Assembly: GCA_015063845.1 (NCBI GenBank)
Contig: SVTJ01000007.1
Span: 21,968 to 85,967, forward strand
Source: Oscillospiraceae bacterium
Lineage (GTDB): Bacteria > Bacillota > Clostridia > Oscillospirales > CAG-272
Reading direction: 5' to 3'
Length of the DNA: 64,000 bases
Shown one piece after another: positions 10,006-19,244 of this stretch. The translations under genes were made by a program, and so were the position numbers. Each line of letters opens with the position of its first letter. Position 1 is the first letter of the stretch. Under the pieces are notes generated by a model. It ran no database searches. It was not told the DNA's origin and worked only from the letters and a program-made list of their open reading frames with translations.

Positions 10006-10019
10006 ATGTCCAAAGCTGA

Positions 10020-10048
10020 AAAAGCACCGCATAAAGCGGTGCTTTTTA
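10020..10048. terminator. bidirectional terminator between wecB and glmM
   Basis: AAAAAGCACCGC-ATAAA-GCGGTGCTTTTT. Confidence 0.75.
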
Positions 10049-11140
10049 TATAAGTAAGACATCTGAAATGGCTTTACTCGCGTTTCCGTCTCCGTATGGG
10101 TTCTCTGAACACGACATTCTTTCACGCAGCTCACTGTTATCAAGAATTTCGCAAACTTTTTCAAAGATTTTGTGCCCTTTTGTGCCAACCAGTGCCGATA
10201 TGCCCAACTTGATGCCGTCGCACCGTTCGGTCTCATCTCTCATCACGAGCACGGGAACTCCCAACGCTGCCGCCTCCTCCTGAAGCCCGCCCGAGTCGGT
10301 GAGCACAAGATAGCTTCTCGCGAGAATATTATGACATTCATACACCCCAAGTGGCGAGCAAAGCTTTACTCCATCGCACCTTCCAAGCACCCTCTCAGCT
10401 ACGTCACGCACGCGCGGATTGGGGTGCACGGGATATATGAATAACACGTCGGGGTACTTCTCTACCAAACGAAATACAGCGCGAAGCATATCCTCGAGCG
10501 AGCATATATTCTCCCGTCTGTGAGCCGTAAAGAATATTATTCTTTTTCCTATCGCTCCGTCAAGCAGCGGATGGGCGAAGTGAGGGCTTACGGTGGTACT
10601 AAGCGCGTCAATGACAGTGTTCCCCGTCACGAATATATTCTCCCCGTCTATTCCCTCTCTCAAAAGATTTTGACGCGCGCTCATGGTGGGAGCAAAGTGA
10701 TACCTTGCCGTCAACGCTATGGCGCGCCTATTGAACTCCTCAGGGAACGGGCTGCGAATATTCTTTGTTCTGAGGCCTGCCTCTACGTGCGCTACGGGAA
10801 TATTCATATAAAAGCAAGCAAGCGAAGCGGCAAACGCCGTTGTAGTATCTCCGTGGACAACGACCACGTCGGGCATCTCCCTTGACAGCACTTCCCTTAT
10901 CCGCTCAAGCACCCGTTCTGTCACATCAAAAAGCGTTTGTGAGGTGCTCATCACACCGAGGTCGTAATCCGCGCGCACACCAAAGTCATCAAGCACTCCT
11001 CTGAGCAGCTCCTTATGCTGTGAGCTGATACACACCCTAACCTGCGCCTTTTCCCTTTTCTCAAGCTCCTTTATCAGCGGACAAAGCTTTATCGCCTCAG
11101 GACGCGTTCCAAAAGCGATAAGTATCTTTTTCTTTTCAAT
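10046..11140 (-). CDS. wecB: UDP-N-acetylglucosamine 2-epimerase (non-hydrolysing)
   Basis: [21 protein letters not shown]-terminal region plus the HGDTTTA and DSGGLQEEA motifs. No in-frame ATG/GTG/TTG lies near the conserved N-terminus; the frame overlaps the sigE stop, so the start (about 11140) is uncertain. Confidence 0.8.
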   Translation of the reverse strand: MEKKKILIAFGTRPEAIKLCPLIKELEKREKAQVRVCISSQHKELLRGVLDDFGVRADYDLGVMSTSQTLFDVTERVLERIREVLSREMPDVVVVHGDTTTAFAASLACFYMNIPVAHVEAGLRTKNIRSPFPEEFNRRAIALTARYHFAPTMSARQNLLREGIDGENIFVTGNTVIDALSTTVSPHFAHPLLDGAIGKRIIFFTAHRRENICSLEDMLRAVFRLVEKYPDVLFIYPVHPNPRVRDVAERVLGRCDGVKLCSPLGVYECHNILARSYLVLTDSGGLQEEAAALGVPVLVMRDETERCDGIKLGISALVGTKGHKIFEKVCEILDNSELRERMSCSENPYGDGNASKAISDVLLI

Positions 11141-11894
11141 AGCTTGCTTTGATCTCGTCTCTGAGCTTTGCGATGATCTTTTTTTCAAGTCTTGATATGT
11201 ATGACTGTGATATTCCAAGTCTATCCGCGACCTCCTTTTGCGTGAGCTCCTTTTGACCGCCAATACCGTATCTCATCTCGATTATCTCACGCTCTCTGTC
11301 CTCAAGTGCGGCGACCGCCCGTCTTACCGCCATTTTTTCTTCCATCTGCTCTATCTCAAAGGATATGCTGACCTCGTCACTTCCGAGGACGTCCGCGAGC
11401 AACAGCTCGTTTCCGTCCCAGTCTATGTTGAGAGGCTCATCTATGGACACCTCGGCACGAGAGCCCGAATGCTTGCGTATATACATCAGTATCTCGTTTT
11501 CTATACAGCGAGAGGCATAAGTGGCGAGCTTTATGTTCTTATCGACCTGAAAGGTATTTATTGCCTTTATAAGCCCTATCGTGCCGATAGAGACGAGGTC
11601 CTCAAGCCCCGCTCCCGTGTTTTCAAATCTTTTGGCTATATAGACCACAAGTCTCAGATTGTGCTCTATAAGCATCTGTCTTGCGCTCTCCTCGCTGCCA
11701 AGACGGGAGAGCACCTCGCTCTCTTCCTCGCGGCTGAGCGGCGGCGGAAGTATGTCAGCGCCGTTGACGTAATATACTCCGTCTCCCTCTCTTTTTCTCT
11801 TTCCAAAGCCCGACCTTATCCGCGCGACACACTTGCGGAAAAGCTGTTTTATTTTGTCACCCATTTTTTCAAGAAGCTCTACTAAACTATTCAT
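11136..11894 (-). CDS. sigE: sporulation sigma factor E precursor (pro-sigma-E)
   Basis: [13 protein letters not shown] pro-sequence junction, sigma-E-specific block [26 protein letters not shown], and [19 protein letters not shown]. It lies immediately downstream of spoIIGA. ATG at 11894 follows a GGAGG RBS. Confidence 0.9.
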   Translation of the reverse strand: MNSLVELLEKMGDKIKQLFRKCVARIRSGFGKRKREGDGVYYVNGADILPPPLSREEESEVLSRLGSEESARQMLIEHNLRLVVYIAKRFENTGAGLEDLVSIGTIGLIKAINTFQVDKNIKLATYASRCIENEILMYIRKHSGSRAEVSIDEPLNIDWDGNELLLADVLGSDEVSISFEIEQMEEKMAVRRAVAALEDREREIIEMRYGIGGQKELTQKEVADRLGISQSYISRLEKKIIAKLRDEIKASY

Positions 11895-11909
11895 TTGTTC
11901 CTCCAAGTA

Positions 11910-12776
11910 TCATATCAGTAATTCGTTGGGCAAAAGCACCTCACAGCCGTCCGCGAAGCTTTGTGCCTCGCTGAGCGCGATATATGCGTCAACCTCTTTT
12001 TGCGGCACGTCTCCGTCCTCTCCGACGAGTATCTTATCGGGTCGTATAGCCAAAAGGCAGCCTTCTCCCGTCGCCGTTTTGGCGGGTATAAGGCGCACAC
12101 GCCTCGCCATAGCCGCGTCCGTGCTTGCAAGAGGCGCCACGTTCTTTGTACGCGCGGCATTTATCACCTCGTCTCCCACTACCCCTTTAAGCGTCTGCGC
12201 GCTCACAAGCACGCATACGCGACCGCTGATAGGGTCACGCAAAAGGTTACCGCTGTCGCAAAATGCTCTTAGCTGCTTTGCTTTTCCGCCTATCTCAAAC
12301 GCCACGCTTGCATACCTCGCCGACGTTCGCCGTCTGAAAAATTTAGTGCCGACAAGAGCGAATGCCGCGCTTATCAGCGCAAGAAGAGCGAGCACCCAAG
12401 CTGATATGCCGTCGCTCTCGACCGCCTCTATCCCGAGATCTGCCCTATTCAAAAGAGTAAACAGCGCGCTCATAAAGCCACCAAGCGTCATTGACACAGC
12501 AAAATAGACCAGCGTATGTAAGAATACCGAACGCGCAACGCCAAAGGCTATTATGCACATAAGCAGGCATAGAAGCACGTCGAGCATAAACGCAGGAAAG
12601 CCCTCAAACGGCAAGAACAGCGCAACGCAAGCATAAACACCGCCAAGAGCTGCCGCCAGAAGCGTTCGTAGAAGCTTTAATTTTCCACCGAGCAGCTGAG
12701 ACGATAAAAAGAAGCATAGAAAATCCATACTGAAATTTATCATAAAGAACAGATCGACGTATACCGTTTGCCCCAT
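11910..12776 (-). CDS. spoIIGA: sigma-E processing peptidase SpoIIGA
   Basis: Polytopic membrane N-terminus (TVYVDLFFMINFSMDFL...) and a C-terminal aspartic-protease-like domain, directly upstream of sigE. The start is moved to M7, which has an AGAGGG RBS. Confidence 0.8.
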   Translation of the reverse strand: MGQTVYVDLFFMINFSMDFLCFFLSSQLLGGKLKLLRTLLAAALGGVYACVALFLPFEGFPAFMLDVLLCLLMCIIAFGVARSVFLHTLVYFAVSMTLGGFMSALFTLLNRADLGIEAVESDGISAWVLALLALISAAFALVGTKFFRRRTSARYASVAFEIGGKAKQLRAFCDSGNLLRDPISGRVCVLVSAQTLKGVVGDEVINAARTKNVAPLASTDAAMARRVRLIPAKTATGEGCLLAIRPDKILVGEDGDVPQKEVDAYIALSEAQSFADGCEVLLPNELLI

Positions 12777-12805
12777 ATCAACCCTCTTTTCCATTTATTA
12801 CCATT

Positions 12806-12838
12806 ATTATACACCTATAAAAGCGAATATTTTGTCAT
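12806..12838 (-). promoter_or_regulatory. candidate spoIIG-type promoter (-10 TATAAT, -35-like ATGACA, unusual 21-nt spacer)
   Basis: On the minus strand: ATGACA, 21 nt, then TGTATAAT. Long spacers are typical of Spo0A-dependent spoIIG promoters. Confidence 0.45.
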
Positions 12839-12913
12839 AAAAGGATAGAGGAATAAATTTATTTTTATTATTCATACGCCATATTCATCAACAAGGAATA
12901 TTATGCTTGAAGG

Positions 12914-12954
12914 TAAATTAGGATTTGTCGATGGACTCGCATAAATCTAATTTT
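12914..12954. repeat. cargo-less mini copy of the repeat-family termini (two inverted AAATTAG(G)ATTTRTCG arms back to back), each arm containing TGTCGA
   Basis: AAATTAGGATTTGTCGATGGACTCGCATAAATCTAATTT, about 90-130 bp upstream of the spoIIG -35. Confidence 0.6.
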
Positions 12955-13007
12955 CTCTTTATTGCTTGCGGGAGAAAGATGTGGCGGAGCCACCACCTCA
13001 TTATCAT

Positions 13008-13053
13008 TATCAATATCAATATTATTCTCATTATTATTATCATTATCATTATA
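13008..13053. repeat. AT-rich ATT/ATC microsatellite-like low-complexity tract
   Basis: cattatcattatcaatatcaatattattctcattattattatcattatcattat. Confidence 0.7.
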
Positions 13054-13064
13054 GGGTTTTTTCG

Positions 13065-13108
13065 CTTTTTTTGGCAACCGATAGCTTTTTTTGGCAACCG
13101 ATCGGTTT
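13065..13108. repeat. tandem direct repeat 2 x TTTTTTTGGCAACCGAT ending in the 12-bp palindrome AACCGATCGGTT
   Basis: ctttttttggcaaccgat agctttttttggcaaccgatcggtt. Confidence 0.7.
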
Positions 13109-13111
13109 TCA

Positions 13112-13146
13112 CAAAAAAACACAGCTGCGTTTTTACAGCTGTGTTC
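13112..13146 (-). terminator. intrinsic terminator of the PfkB-family kinase gene
   Basis: AACACAGCTG-CGTTTTTA-CAGCTGTGTT followed by a T-run on the minus strand. Confidence 0.7.
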
Positions 13147-13160
13147 TTTGATCATATTCA

Positions 13161-14090
13161 TTATATTTGCGATACGTTTATGAGCTCACCAAGCCTTTGT
13201 ATATCCTCTTTTCTCGGTGGCTTTGTGCCCTCTGTAAGACACGCCGCGCTTCCATAGGCAACGGCTGTGCGAAGCAAATCGCAATTTGCCGCCCCCTCAC
13301 TCATCGCCGCAAGAAAACCCGCTATCGAGCTATCCCCCGCGCCGATGGTGGAAAGTGCCTTTATTTTAGGCGCTTGCGCAAAGTATGCTCCGTCAGACGC
13401 GCAAAGCACCGCTCCGCGCGAGCCGAGGCTGATCATTACGTTTTCTATCCCCTGCTCTCTCAGAGCACGAGCCGCTTTCACAGCGTCCTCAAGCGTATCT
13501 ATCCTCTCATCGACGTATGCCGCCACCTCGTCCTCATTAGGCTTTATCAAAAAAGGTCCTATCAAGAACACGTCCTCTTTCGTAAGCGAACGGCTGTCTA
13601 TCACAAGCTTCGCGCCTTTTTCCTTCAGTTTCAAAAGAAAGCTGACAAGGGCATCTCTGCCGATACCGTCCGGGACACTTCCCGTAAAGGCAAGCACGCA
13701 GTCATTATCTATCATTTTAGAAATAAGCTCATAGACCTCGTCAAGAAGTCCGTCGCTCGCAGCCGCCCCCGCAAAGCTTATGCGTGTTTCCACACCGCTT
13801 TTTGTATGCACGGTGATATTCTCACGCACCCTTCCCTTGACCTCTACCGTCAAAGCATTTATACCGTCAGAGCTAAGAGCATCTTCAAAATCCGCTCTTC
13901 CTTCGCTTCCCACAACGGCGACCGCCGTATTCGGAACGCCCATGGCGCAGAGAGCGCGGGAGACGTTTATTCCCTTTCCGCCCGCATCGCGGGAGAGTAT
14001 GCTCACGATATTCTCGTGACCTGCGACAAAGCTATCCGTATAGCAATGCACGTCTTGCGCCACGTTAAGTGTCAATGTGATTATCTTCAT
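13161..14090 (-). CDS. 1-phosphofructokinase / tagatose-6-phosphate kinase family (PfkB) sugar kinase
   Basis: GGKGINVSRA motif near the N-terminus, a C-terminal GAGDS anion hole, and 309 aa. Confidence 0.85.
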   Translation of the reverse strand: MKIITLTLNVAQDVHCYTDSFVAGHENIVSILSRDAGGKGINVSRALCAMGVPNTAVAVVGSEGRADFEDALSSDGINALTVEVKGRVRENITVHTKSGVETRISFAGAAASDGLLDEVYELISKMIDNDCVLAFTGSVPDGIGRDALVSFLLKLKEKGAKLVIDSRSLTKEDVFLIGPFLIKPNEDEVAAYVDERIDTLEDAVKAARALREQGIENVMISLGSRGAVLCASDGAYFAQAPKIKALSTIGAGDSSIAGFLAAMSEGAANCDLLRTAVAYGSAACLTEGTKPPRKEDIQRLGELINVSQI

Positions 14091-14113
14091 TATTTAAATG
14101 TCCTTTAAATATA

Positions 14114-16423
14114 TTATCTCGCTTTTCTGCGTCTGTATATCATAATACCGCCCACCGCCATAAATGCTAACGGGATAATGACGAACAGCGCGCCGATTGC
14201 CGTCGCAGAGCCTGACGTTACCTTGCTCATAGTGCTTTGATACATCACCGAGGGCATCTCGGGAACGTTTGACGTATACTGTATACTCGTCCAATAGAGC
14301 GAATATACGACAGCCGCGTATGCCTCGTTCTCCACGTTATTGAAGGAGTCGCCGCCCGTAAACCAAACGACACGCGCTCCCGTATCAGCCTCAGCGGCGC
14401 AAGCAAGAATATGCGTCACCGTCTGCTCCTCGCTCTGTGTCTCGCTGACTGTAATAAGCGGAAAATGCAAAAGATTTTCTCTTGCCGTGGCATTTCTTAT
14501 GATAGCGTTGGTATTCTTAACGCTTGCGGAAAGCTTTGCACCTTCAAGCGCATAAAGGATATCGTTGTCGGTCTCTATAACGGGAACGAACTCCGCGCTT
14601 TCGACAACGCTTCCGTCCTCTCCCTCGACATCGACCTTTACAAAGCTTCTCTGTGCGCTCATTCCGTAAGAGGAGAGCACTGCCATGATATTGGGCATAT
14701 CGAATACCTTTTCATCAGTGACAAAGGTTATCTGCCCGCCCCTGTCAAGATATGAAAGAAGCGCCTGCTTTTCGTCCTCGCTTATGTCGCTTGTCGGCAT
14801 ATTTATCAGGATGCTCGACGCGTCGGCGGGAATCTCACCGCCCAACAGCTCAAACGCGGGAACACCGTAATACGGGCTCTGCGAGTCGCCGTATCCTCTC
14901 TCTCCATGTCCCGAAAGCGCATACTGCGTGGGGATCACGTCTGCGGTGACGTACTCGATATAGCTGCATATCACCTTATCAGCGCAGAAATACATCTTGG
15001 TATCGTATTCGATAGCGCTCATATAGTCCGCATACTGACTGTTGCTCGCGAACATCTGGTAGTAATAATTATATTCGGTAACCGATATCTCGGAGAAGCC
15101 AAGCGTTTCGTTGGTATAGGTGAACAAGCTCATATAGCTAAGATACTGCATACTGTCCGCGCTCTCGATAACAAGGCTGTTTGCGCTTATGCTTTCGATA
15201 GATATTCCCCTATCGCTGTAAAACTCAGGCTGATTTGAGTAGTAGACCTTTTTAAGCGTGAGCTTTTCGCTTGACGATACCAGCTCCTCAAGATACATCT
15301 CGTAGTTCGGCGCAAGTCCCGTAGGCTCGAGCAGATATATCGTAACCTCCTCGTCAAGCCCCGAAAGATACTCCTTTGCCGTTGCAGAGACCGTATTCTT
15401 TTTGCCCTGTGTCGTATCAAAGGTAGCCGCGCTGCTCGGTATCGCCGCCGCTGCCACACCAACCAAAATAGCCAGCACAAGTGTCAGCGGAACGACCGCA
15501 CGCGAGGTAATGCTGCTTATGCGCAGCCCCTCTCTTTGCGGCTTGCCGTTGTATCTTACAGAATACCAACGCACCGCAAGAAAAACAAAGGTCACGCTGA
15601 GCAACACAAAGAAAATAAGCGTTCTTATATCGAACATACCGCAAATAAAGCGGTCAAAGCAAGTAAATATGGCAATCTTTCCGCAAACCGTTTCAAACGC
15701 GCGAACGTATGTCTGCGGACGCAAGAAATAAAGCGCGCTGAGAGCGCCCTCGAGAACGACCAAAGCACCTACCGCAAACCATATGCGTCTGAGGAGCAGA
15801 TAAAGACCGAGAGACAGAAGAAGCGCCACCGCCGCAAAGCAGATAAATGACACGAGCGGCTTGAGCGGAAGAGCGGCAACGGCAATTCCCGCAAGATACC
15901 AAACCACCGCTACCGTGTAGCAATAGATATACGCTCTTACGCGGCTCTTTGCACGGCAAGCGATAAAGAAGTAGACCGCCAGGAGCGCCGCGCAGAAGAA
16001 TATGAACGCGACGCCCGAGGAATAGGTAACAGCCATATCAAAGCTCTGCGAGTAAAGCGAGGCGGCAAGCGGATAAATCACCACCATAAAGAGCACGGGT
16101 ATGAGCGTCTGCCAAAGAGCAGACAGATATTTGCCCACGACAACGTCTGCCGCGCTAAGAGGCATCATATCGTAGAGCGCGTCTGTATCCTTTTTCTTGC
16201 CCGCAAAGCTATTCACCGCCGTTACGGGGAGAATAAGAGCGATGACCAACGACATATTCGAAAGGACGGAAAGTATGCTGTCCGACGAATACGCGAGGTT
16301 TCCGAGAATGAGGAAGATAGCTCCCACTATGGCTGTAATGCCAACGGTCAGATATGCGTAAAGCCCCCAAAACGCGGAGAAAAACTCTTTTTTAGCTACT
16401 GTAAATACGTTGCGTATACTCAT
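14114..16423 (-). CDS. ABC-2 type transporter permease fused to a GldG-like extracytoplasmic domain
   Basis: About six N-terminal TM helices, a large middle soluble domain, a C-terminal TM helix, and translational coupling to the upstream ABC ATPase. Confidence 0.65.
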   Translation of the reverse strand: MSIRNVFTVAKKEFFSAFWGLYAYLTVGITAIVGAIFLILGNLAYSSDSILSVLSNMSLVIALILPVTAVNSFAGKKKDTDALYDMMPLSAADVVVGKYLSALWQTLIPVLFMVVIYPLAASLYSQSFDMAVTYSSGVAFIFFCAALLAVYFFIACRAKSRVRAYIYCYTVAVVWYLAGIAVAALPLKPLVSFICFAAVALLLSLGLYLLLRRIWFAVGALVVLEGALSALYFLRPQTYVRAFETVCGKIAIFTCFDRFICGMFDIRTLIFFVLLSVTFVFLAVRWYSVRYNGKPQREGLRISSITSRAVVPLTLVLAILVGVAAAAIPSSAATFDTTQGKKNTVSATAKEYLSGLDEEVTIYLLEPTGLAPNYEMYLEELVSSSEKLTLKKVYYSNQPEFYSDRGISIESISANSLVIESADSMQYLSYMSLFTYTNETLGFSEISVTEYNYYYQMFASNSQYADYMSAIEYDTKMYFCADKVICSYIEYVTADVIPTQYALSGHGERGYGDSQSPYYGVPAFELLGGEIPADASSILINMPTSDISEDEKQALLSYLDRGGQITFVTDEKVFDMPNIMAVLSSYGMSAQRSFVKVDVEGEDGSVVESAEFVPVIETDNDILYALEGAKLSASVKNTNAIIRNATARENLLHFPLITVSETQSEEQTVTHILACAAEADTGARVVWFTGGDSFNNVENEAYAAVVYSLYWTSIQYTSNVPEMPSVMYQSTMSKVTSGSATAIGALFVIIPLAFMAVGGIMIYRRRKAR

Positions 16424-17373
16424 TTTTGACCGTCTCCTCTCTCATCCTTATTGTTTGATGAAAGCGAGTAGAACACGTCCTCAAACGTAAGCTTTACCTG
16501 CCTTACCGAAAGCATAGGCGCACCTATCGCGCTAAGAGAAGCAAATATCTTATCCTTTATATTATCATCGTTTGTATATTCCACGGCATAGGTGCACACG
16601 TTATTGGAAGTCACCTTATCGAGCGTGACGTTTACTACGTTCTCCACTGCGCTCACAGCCTCAAAGACCTTTTCCTTGTCTCCGCGAACGGTTATAAACA
16701 TCTGCTGCTCTGCATTGAGCCTGCGCTCGATATCCTCTACCGTGCCGCTGACCGCTATCTTGCCACCGTGCAGAACGGCAACGCTCGCGCAAAGCTCTCT
16801 GACCTCTGTCGGCTTGTTCGAGACAAGTATGACCGTCTTTATCCTTCCAAGCATCGACAGCACCTCGCCAAGCTCCGCGCCGCCAACACCGCCCAGAGGT
16901 GTATCAAGAACTATAACGTCGGGGTTTCCTATAAGAGACGCCGCCAGAGAAAGTCTCGTTCTCTGAGCTTTCGTAAGCGCGCCAAAGGGGCGACCCTGAC
17001 ATTCTTCAAGTCCGCAAAGCTCAAGCGCTTCCTTTATCTGTCTGTATCTTTTGTTTGCCTCGACACCCATAGTCTGTCCGACAAAATCAAGGTATTCGAC
17101 CGAGGTCATCATATTGTCAATAGTAAGCGAGGTTGGCACAAATCTTACCTTTTTCTTAAGCTCGCGTGCCTTTCTCGACACAGCCTTACCGTCAAGAAGC
17201 ACCTCTCCGCTGCTTGCGTCCTCACAGCCGCAGATAAGCCTTGCGAGCGTTGTCTTGCCCGAGCCTCTGCCGCCGATGATGCCGTATATTCCCTTTTGCT
17301 CAAAGCTCAGGCTGACGCAGTCCAAAACGCGAACGCCCGAATAGCTTTTTGAAAGCTCCTTTATTTCTAACAC
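16420..17373 (-). CDS. ABC transporter ATP-binding protein
   Basis: Walker A GGRGSGKTT, ABC signature, Walker B VLDTPLGGV. Confidence 0.85.
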   Translation of the reverse strand: MLEIKELSKSYSGVRVLDCVSLSFEQKGIYGIIGGRGSGKTTLARLICGCEDASSGEVLLDGKAVSRKARELKKKVRFVPTSLTIDNMMTSVEYLDFVGQTMGVEANKRYRQIKEALELCGLEECQGRPFGALTKAQRTRLSLAASLIGNPDVIVLDTPLGGVGGAELGEVLSMLGRIKTVILVSNKPTEVRELCASVAVLHGGKIAVSGTVEDIERRLNAEQQMFITVRGDKEKVFEAVSAVENVVNVTLDKVTSNNVCTYAVEYTNDDNIKDKIFASLSAIGAPMLSVRQVKLTFEDVFYSLSSNNKDERGDGQK

Positions 17374-17537
17374 CGTATATCCTCCGAAAAAGAATATTAT
17401 ACTTCATATTATAATATACTACACATCTGTGTCCTCATTTTGAATAATTCTTGACCATTGTATGATTTTTCGTTTTTCCAAACGCTTTGAGAAAATCTTG
17501 CGCGAAAAAGGTTGCTTCAAAATGAAGCAACCTTTTT

Positions 17538-18602
17538 TCATATTATTCTTTTTATCAAAGCATCGGTATAGCTTCTCAGCGAACCGAAGTCCATACTCGC
17601 GACGTATATCCTCTCCATATTGGCGTGCGCCCTTCCCGCCTGTGCGAGCTGCCAAGAGGCAAGATCAAGCAAAGTGCGGTACGCCTGCCTTGCTGCTCTG
17701 TAATATCTACGCACCTCTGCAAGCTTCCCGATATCCGCAAAACGCTTCATATTGATCCTTGTCGTCTCTTTGTCCGCATTGCTCTCACCTGCCGTTATGT
17801 AGACGTAATCCCCCGTATCGGGAAAGAATATCTCGTTTGCAATGCCCGACACCACGTCCTGCGAAACGCATATGTTTTGCCCACACGCAAGCGCTCTGTC
17901 AACAAGTCTTTGCATATATTGCTGTGCGATGCCGTAGAAATCCACAACGGCATAACGCCGAAAAGCCGCATCCGAAAGAGTTGACAGGTGCACGCTTCCG
18001 TGTATACCGAATGCCTCGGTCTGAGTGTGAAAAAGCCTTGCCTGCTCCGCGCTATCCCTAAAGCTCTTAAGGCAAAAACGCTCAACGGCAGAGTTCATTT
18101 TGTCTCTCATAACACAGTCATCTGTCACCTGTCTGAGCGTAGCGTCTATCTCACCTGCCGCGCATAGATAACCGTACGCGTTCGAATACGCCGCCTTTTT
18201 TTGTGCGGCATATGCGGAAAGCGTCTCCCTTTTCTCACTCAACATCTCGGAATCCCAAAAAGCTCCGAGATCTATCAGCTCGTCACGCGCTCCGGGAAGG
18301 ACGGTATCATAGGAGTGCGGAGCTGTTCCGTCAAATATGGCGAGCCTTCCGTCGATTATCACTCCGTCAAGGGAGTTTGTGTCAGAGGAGCAATAATACA
18401 GCTCTACGCTATGCCCCGACGTGCGAGCGCTCTCCGCCACTCTTCGCATAAAGCTGCTTTTGCCCGTCCCGGGGCCGCCCTTTATTATGTATCTCCTCTC
18501 AATACCTTCGGAAAAGAATATCTCGTCAAAATAGCTGACAAACCCACTCGCCGTATTGGCGGCGGCAAAAAGACCGCCGCCTTTGTCCGTATTCAAGCTC
18601 AT
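17538..18602 (-). CDS. P-loop NTPase of unknown function, translationally coupled (ATGA overlap) to the end of spoIIIAH
   Basis: Walker A GGPGTGKSS and no other recognisable domain. The 4-nt overlap with the spoIIIAH stop suggests co-transcription with spoIIIA. Confidence 0.6.
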   Translation of the reverse strand: MSLNTDKGGGLFAAANTASGFVSYFDEIFFSEGIERRYIIKGGPGTGKSSFMRRVAESARTSGHSVELYYCSSDTNSLDGVIIDGRLAIFDGTAPHSYDTVLPGARDELIDLGAFWDSEMLSEKRETLSAYAAQKKAAYSNAYGYLCAAGEIDATLRQVTDDCVMRDKMNSAVERFCLKSFRDSAEQARLFHTQTEAFGIHGSVHLSTLSDAAFRRYAVVDFYGIAQQYMQRLVDRALACGQNICVSQDVVSGIANEIFFPDTGDYVYITAGESNADKETTRINMKRFADIGKLAEVRRYYRAARQAYRTLLDLASWQLAQAGRAHANMERIYVASMDFGSLRSYTDALIKRII

Positions 18603-19177
18603 CTCTCGATTATCTTAACGTTTGCCGGCTTTATGCCTGCCTGCTCGTAAACTATCTCGTTTATCTGCGATATCTGCGCGGGCATAAGACCGTCGCTCTT
18701 TACTACTATGCTCGCCGCGCCGTCACTGATGACCGCTACGCACTCCTCAAAGCCCTTTGCAACGATAAGCGTTTCGATATTTGCCTCTGCTTCCATAATG
18801 TCGGCAAGTCTGCCTATCTGCGCAAGCGCCTCATTCTTTGCGGTCTCGGTAGACGCCGCATTGTCGACCACCGACTGAAGCACCTCTATCGCCTCGTCTC
18901 TTGTTCTCTGTCGGTTGACCTGAACGCTTGAGAAGTATGTATCCTCGCTCTCTTGCTCGTCAGAAGGCTTTTGGTCGTTGGGGGTCTGCTGATTTGCCGC
19001 ATCCATACCCGCGCTCTGCTCATAATCAAATCCGTCGTCTTTGTTGCTCGTGACAATAATAACGTTCACAGCGATCGCGAGCACCGTAAGCGCGACGGCT
19101 CCGATAATGATAAAATTCCGCTTGCCGATCCTACGGCAAAGATCTAAGGTCTTAGTTTTAAGATCACTAAACTTCAT
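18599..19177 (-). CDS. spoIIIAH: stage III sporulation protein AH
   Basis: N-terminal TM segment, a C-terminal YscJ/FliF-like ring-building domain, and last position in the spoIIIA operon. Confidence 0.8.
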   Translation of the reverse strand: MKFSDLKTKTLDLCRRIGKRNFIIIGAVALTVLAIAVNVIIVTSNKDDGFDYEQSAGMDAANQQTPNDQKPSDEQESEDTYFSSVQVNRQRTRDEAIEVLQSVVDNAASTETAKNEALAQIGRLADIMEAEANIETLIVAKGFEECVAVISDGAASIVVKSDGLMPAQISQINEIVYEQAGIKPANVKIIER

Positions 19178-19244
19178 AATACGTTCCTCCGAATTTTAAT
19201 TCTACGCTACATATATATTTTGCATCGGCAAGGAATATGCCACC

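Noticed and set aside
11136-11906. Initial call of this sigma factor as SigK
   Set aside because: The block [26 protein letters not shown] and the YYVNG..LPPPL pro-sequence junction match sigma-E rather than sigma-K, and the gene directly follows a SpoIIGA homologue (spoIIG operon). Called sigE.
12794-12794. First in-frame ATG of spoIIGA (12794) as the start codon
   Set aside because: It lies only 12 nt from the putative -10 and lacks an RBS. The Met six codons downstream (12776) has an AGAGGG RBS and aligns with the SpoIIGA N-terminus, so the start was moved.
13167-14108. 313-aa plus-strand ORF opposite the PfkB-family kinase gene
   Set aside because: The minus-strand frame has clear ribokinase-family motifs (GGKG, GAGD) and a terminator. 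The plus-strand ORF is Arg-rich shadow sequence.
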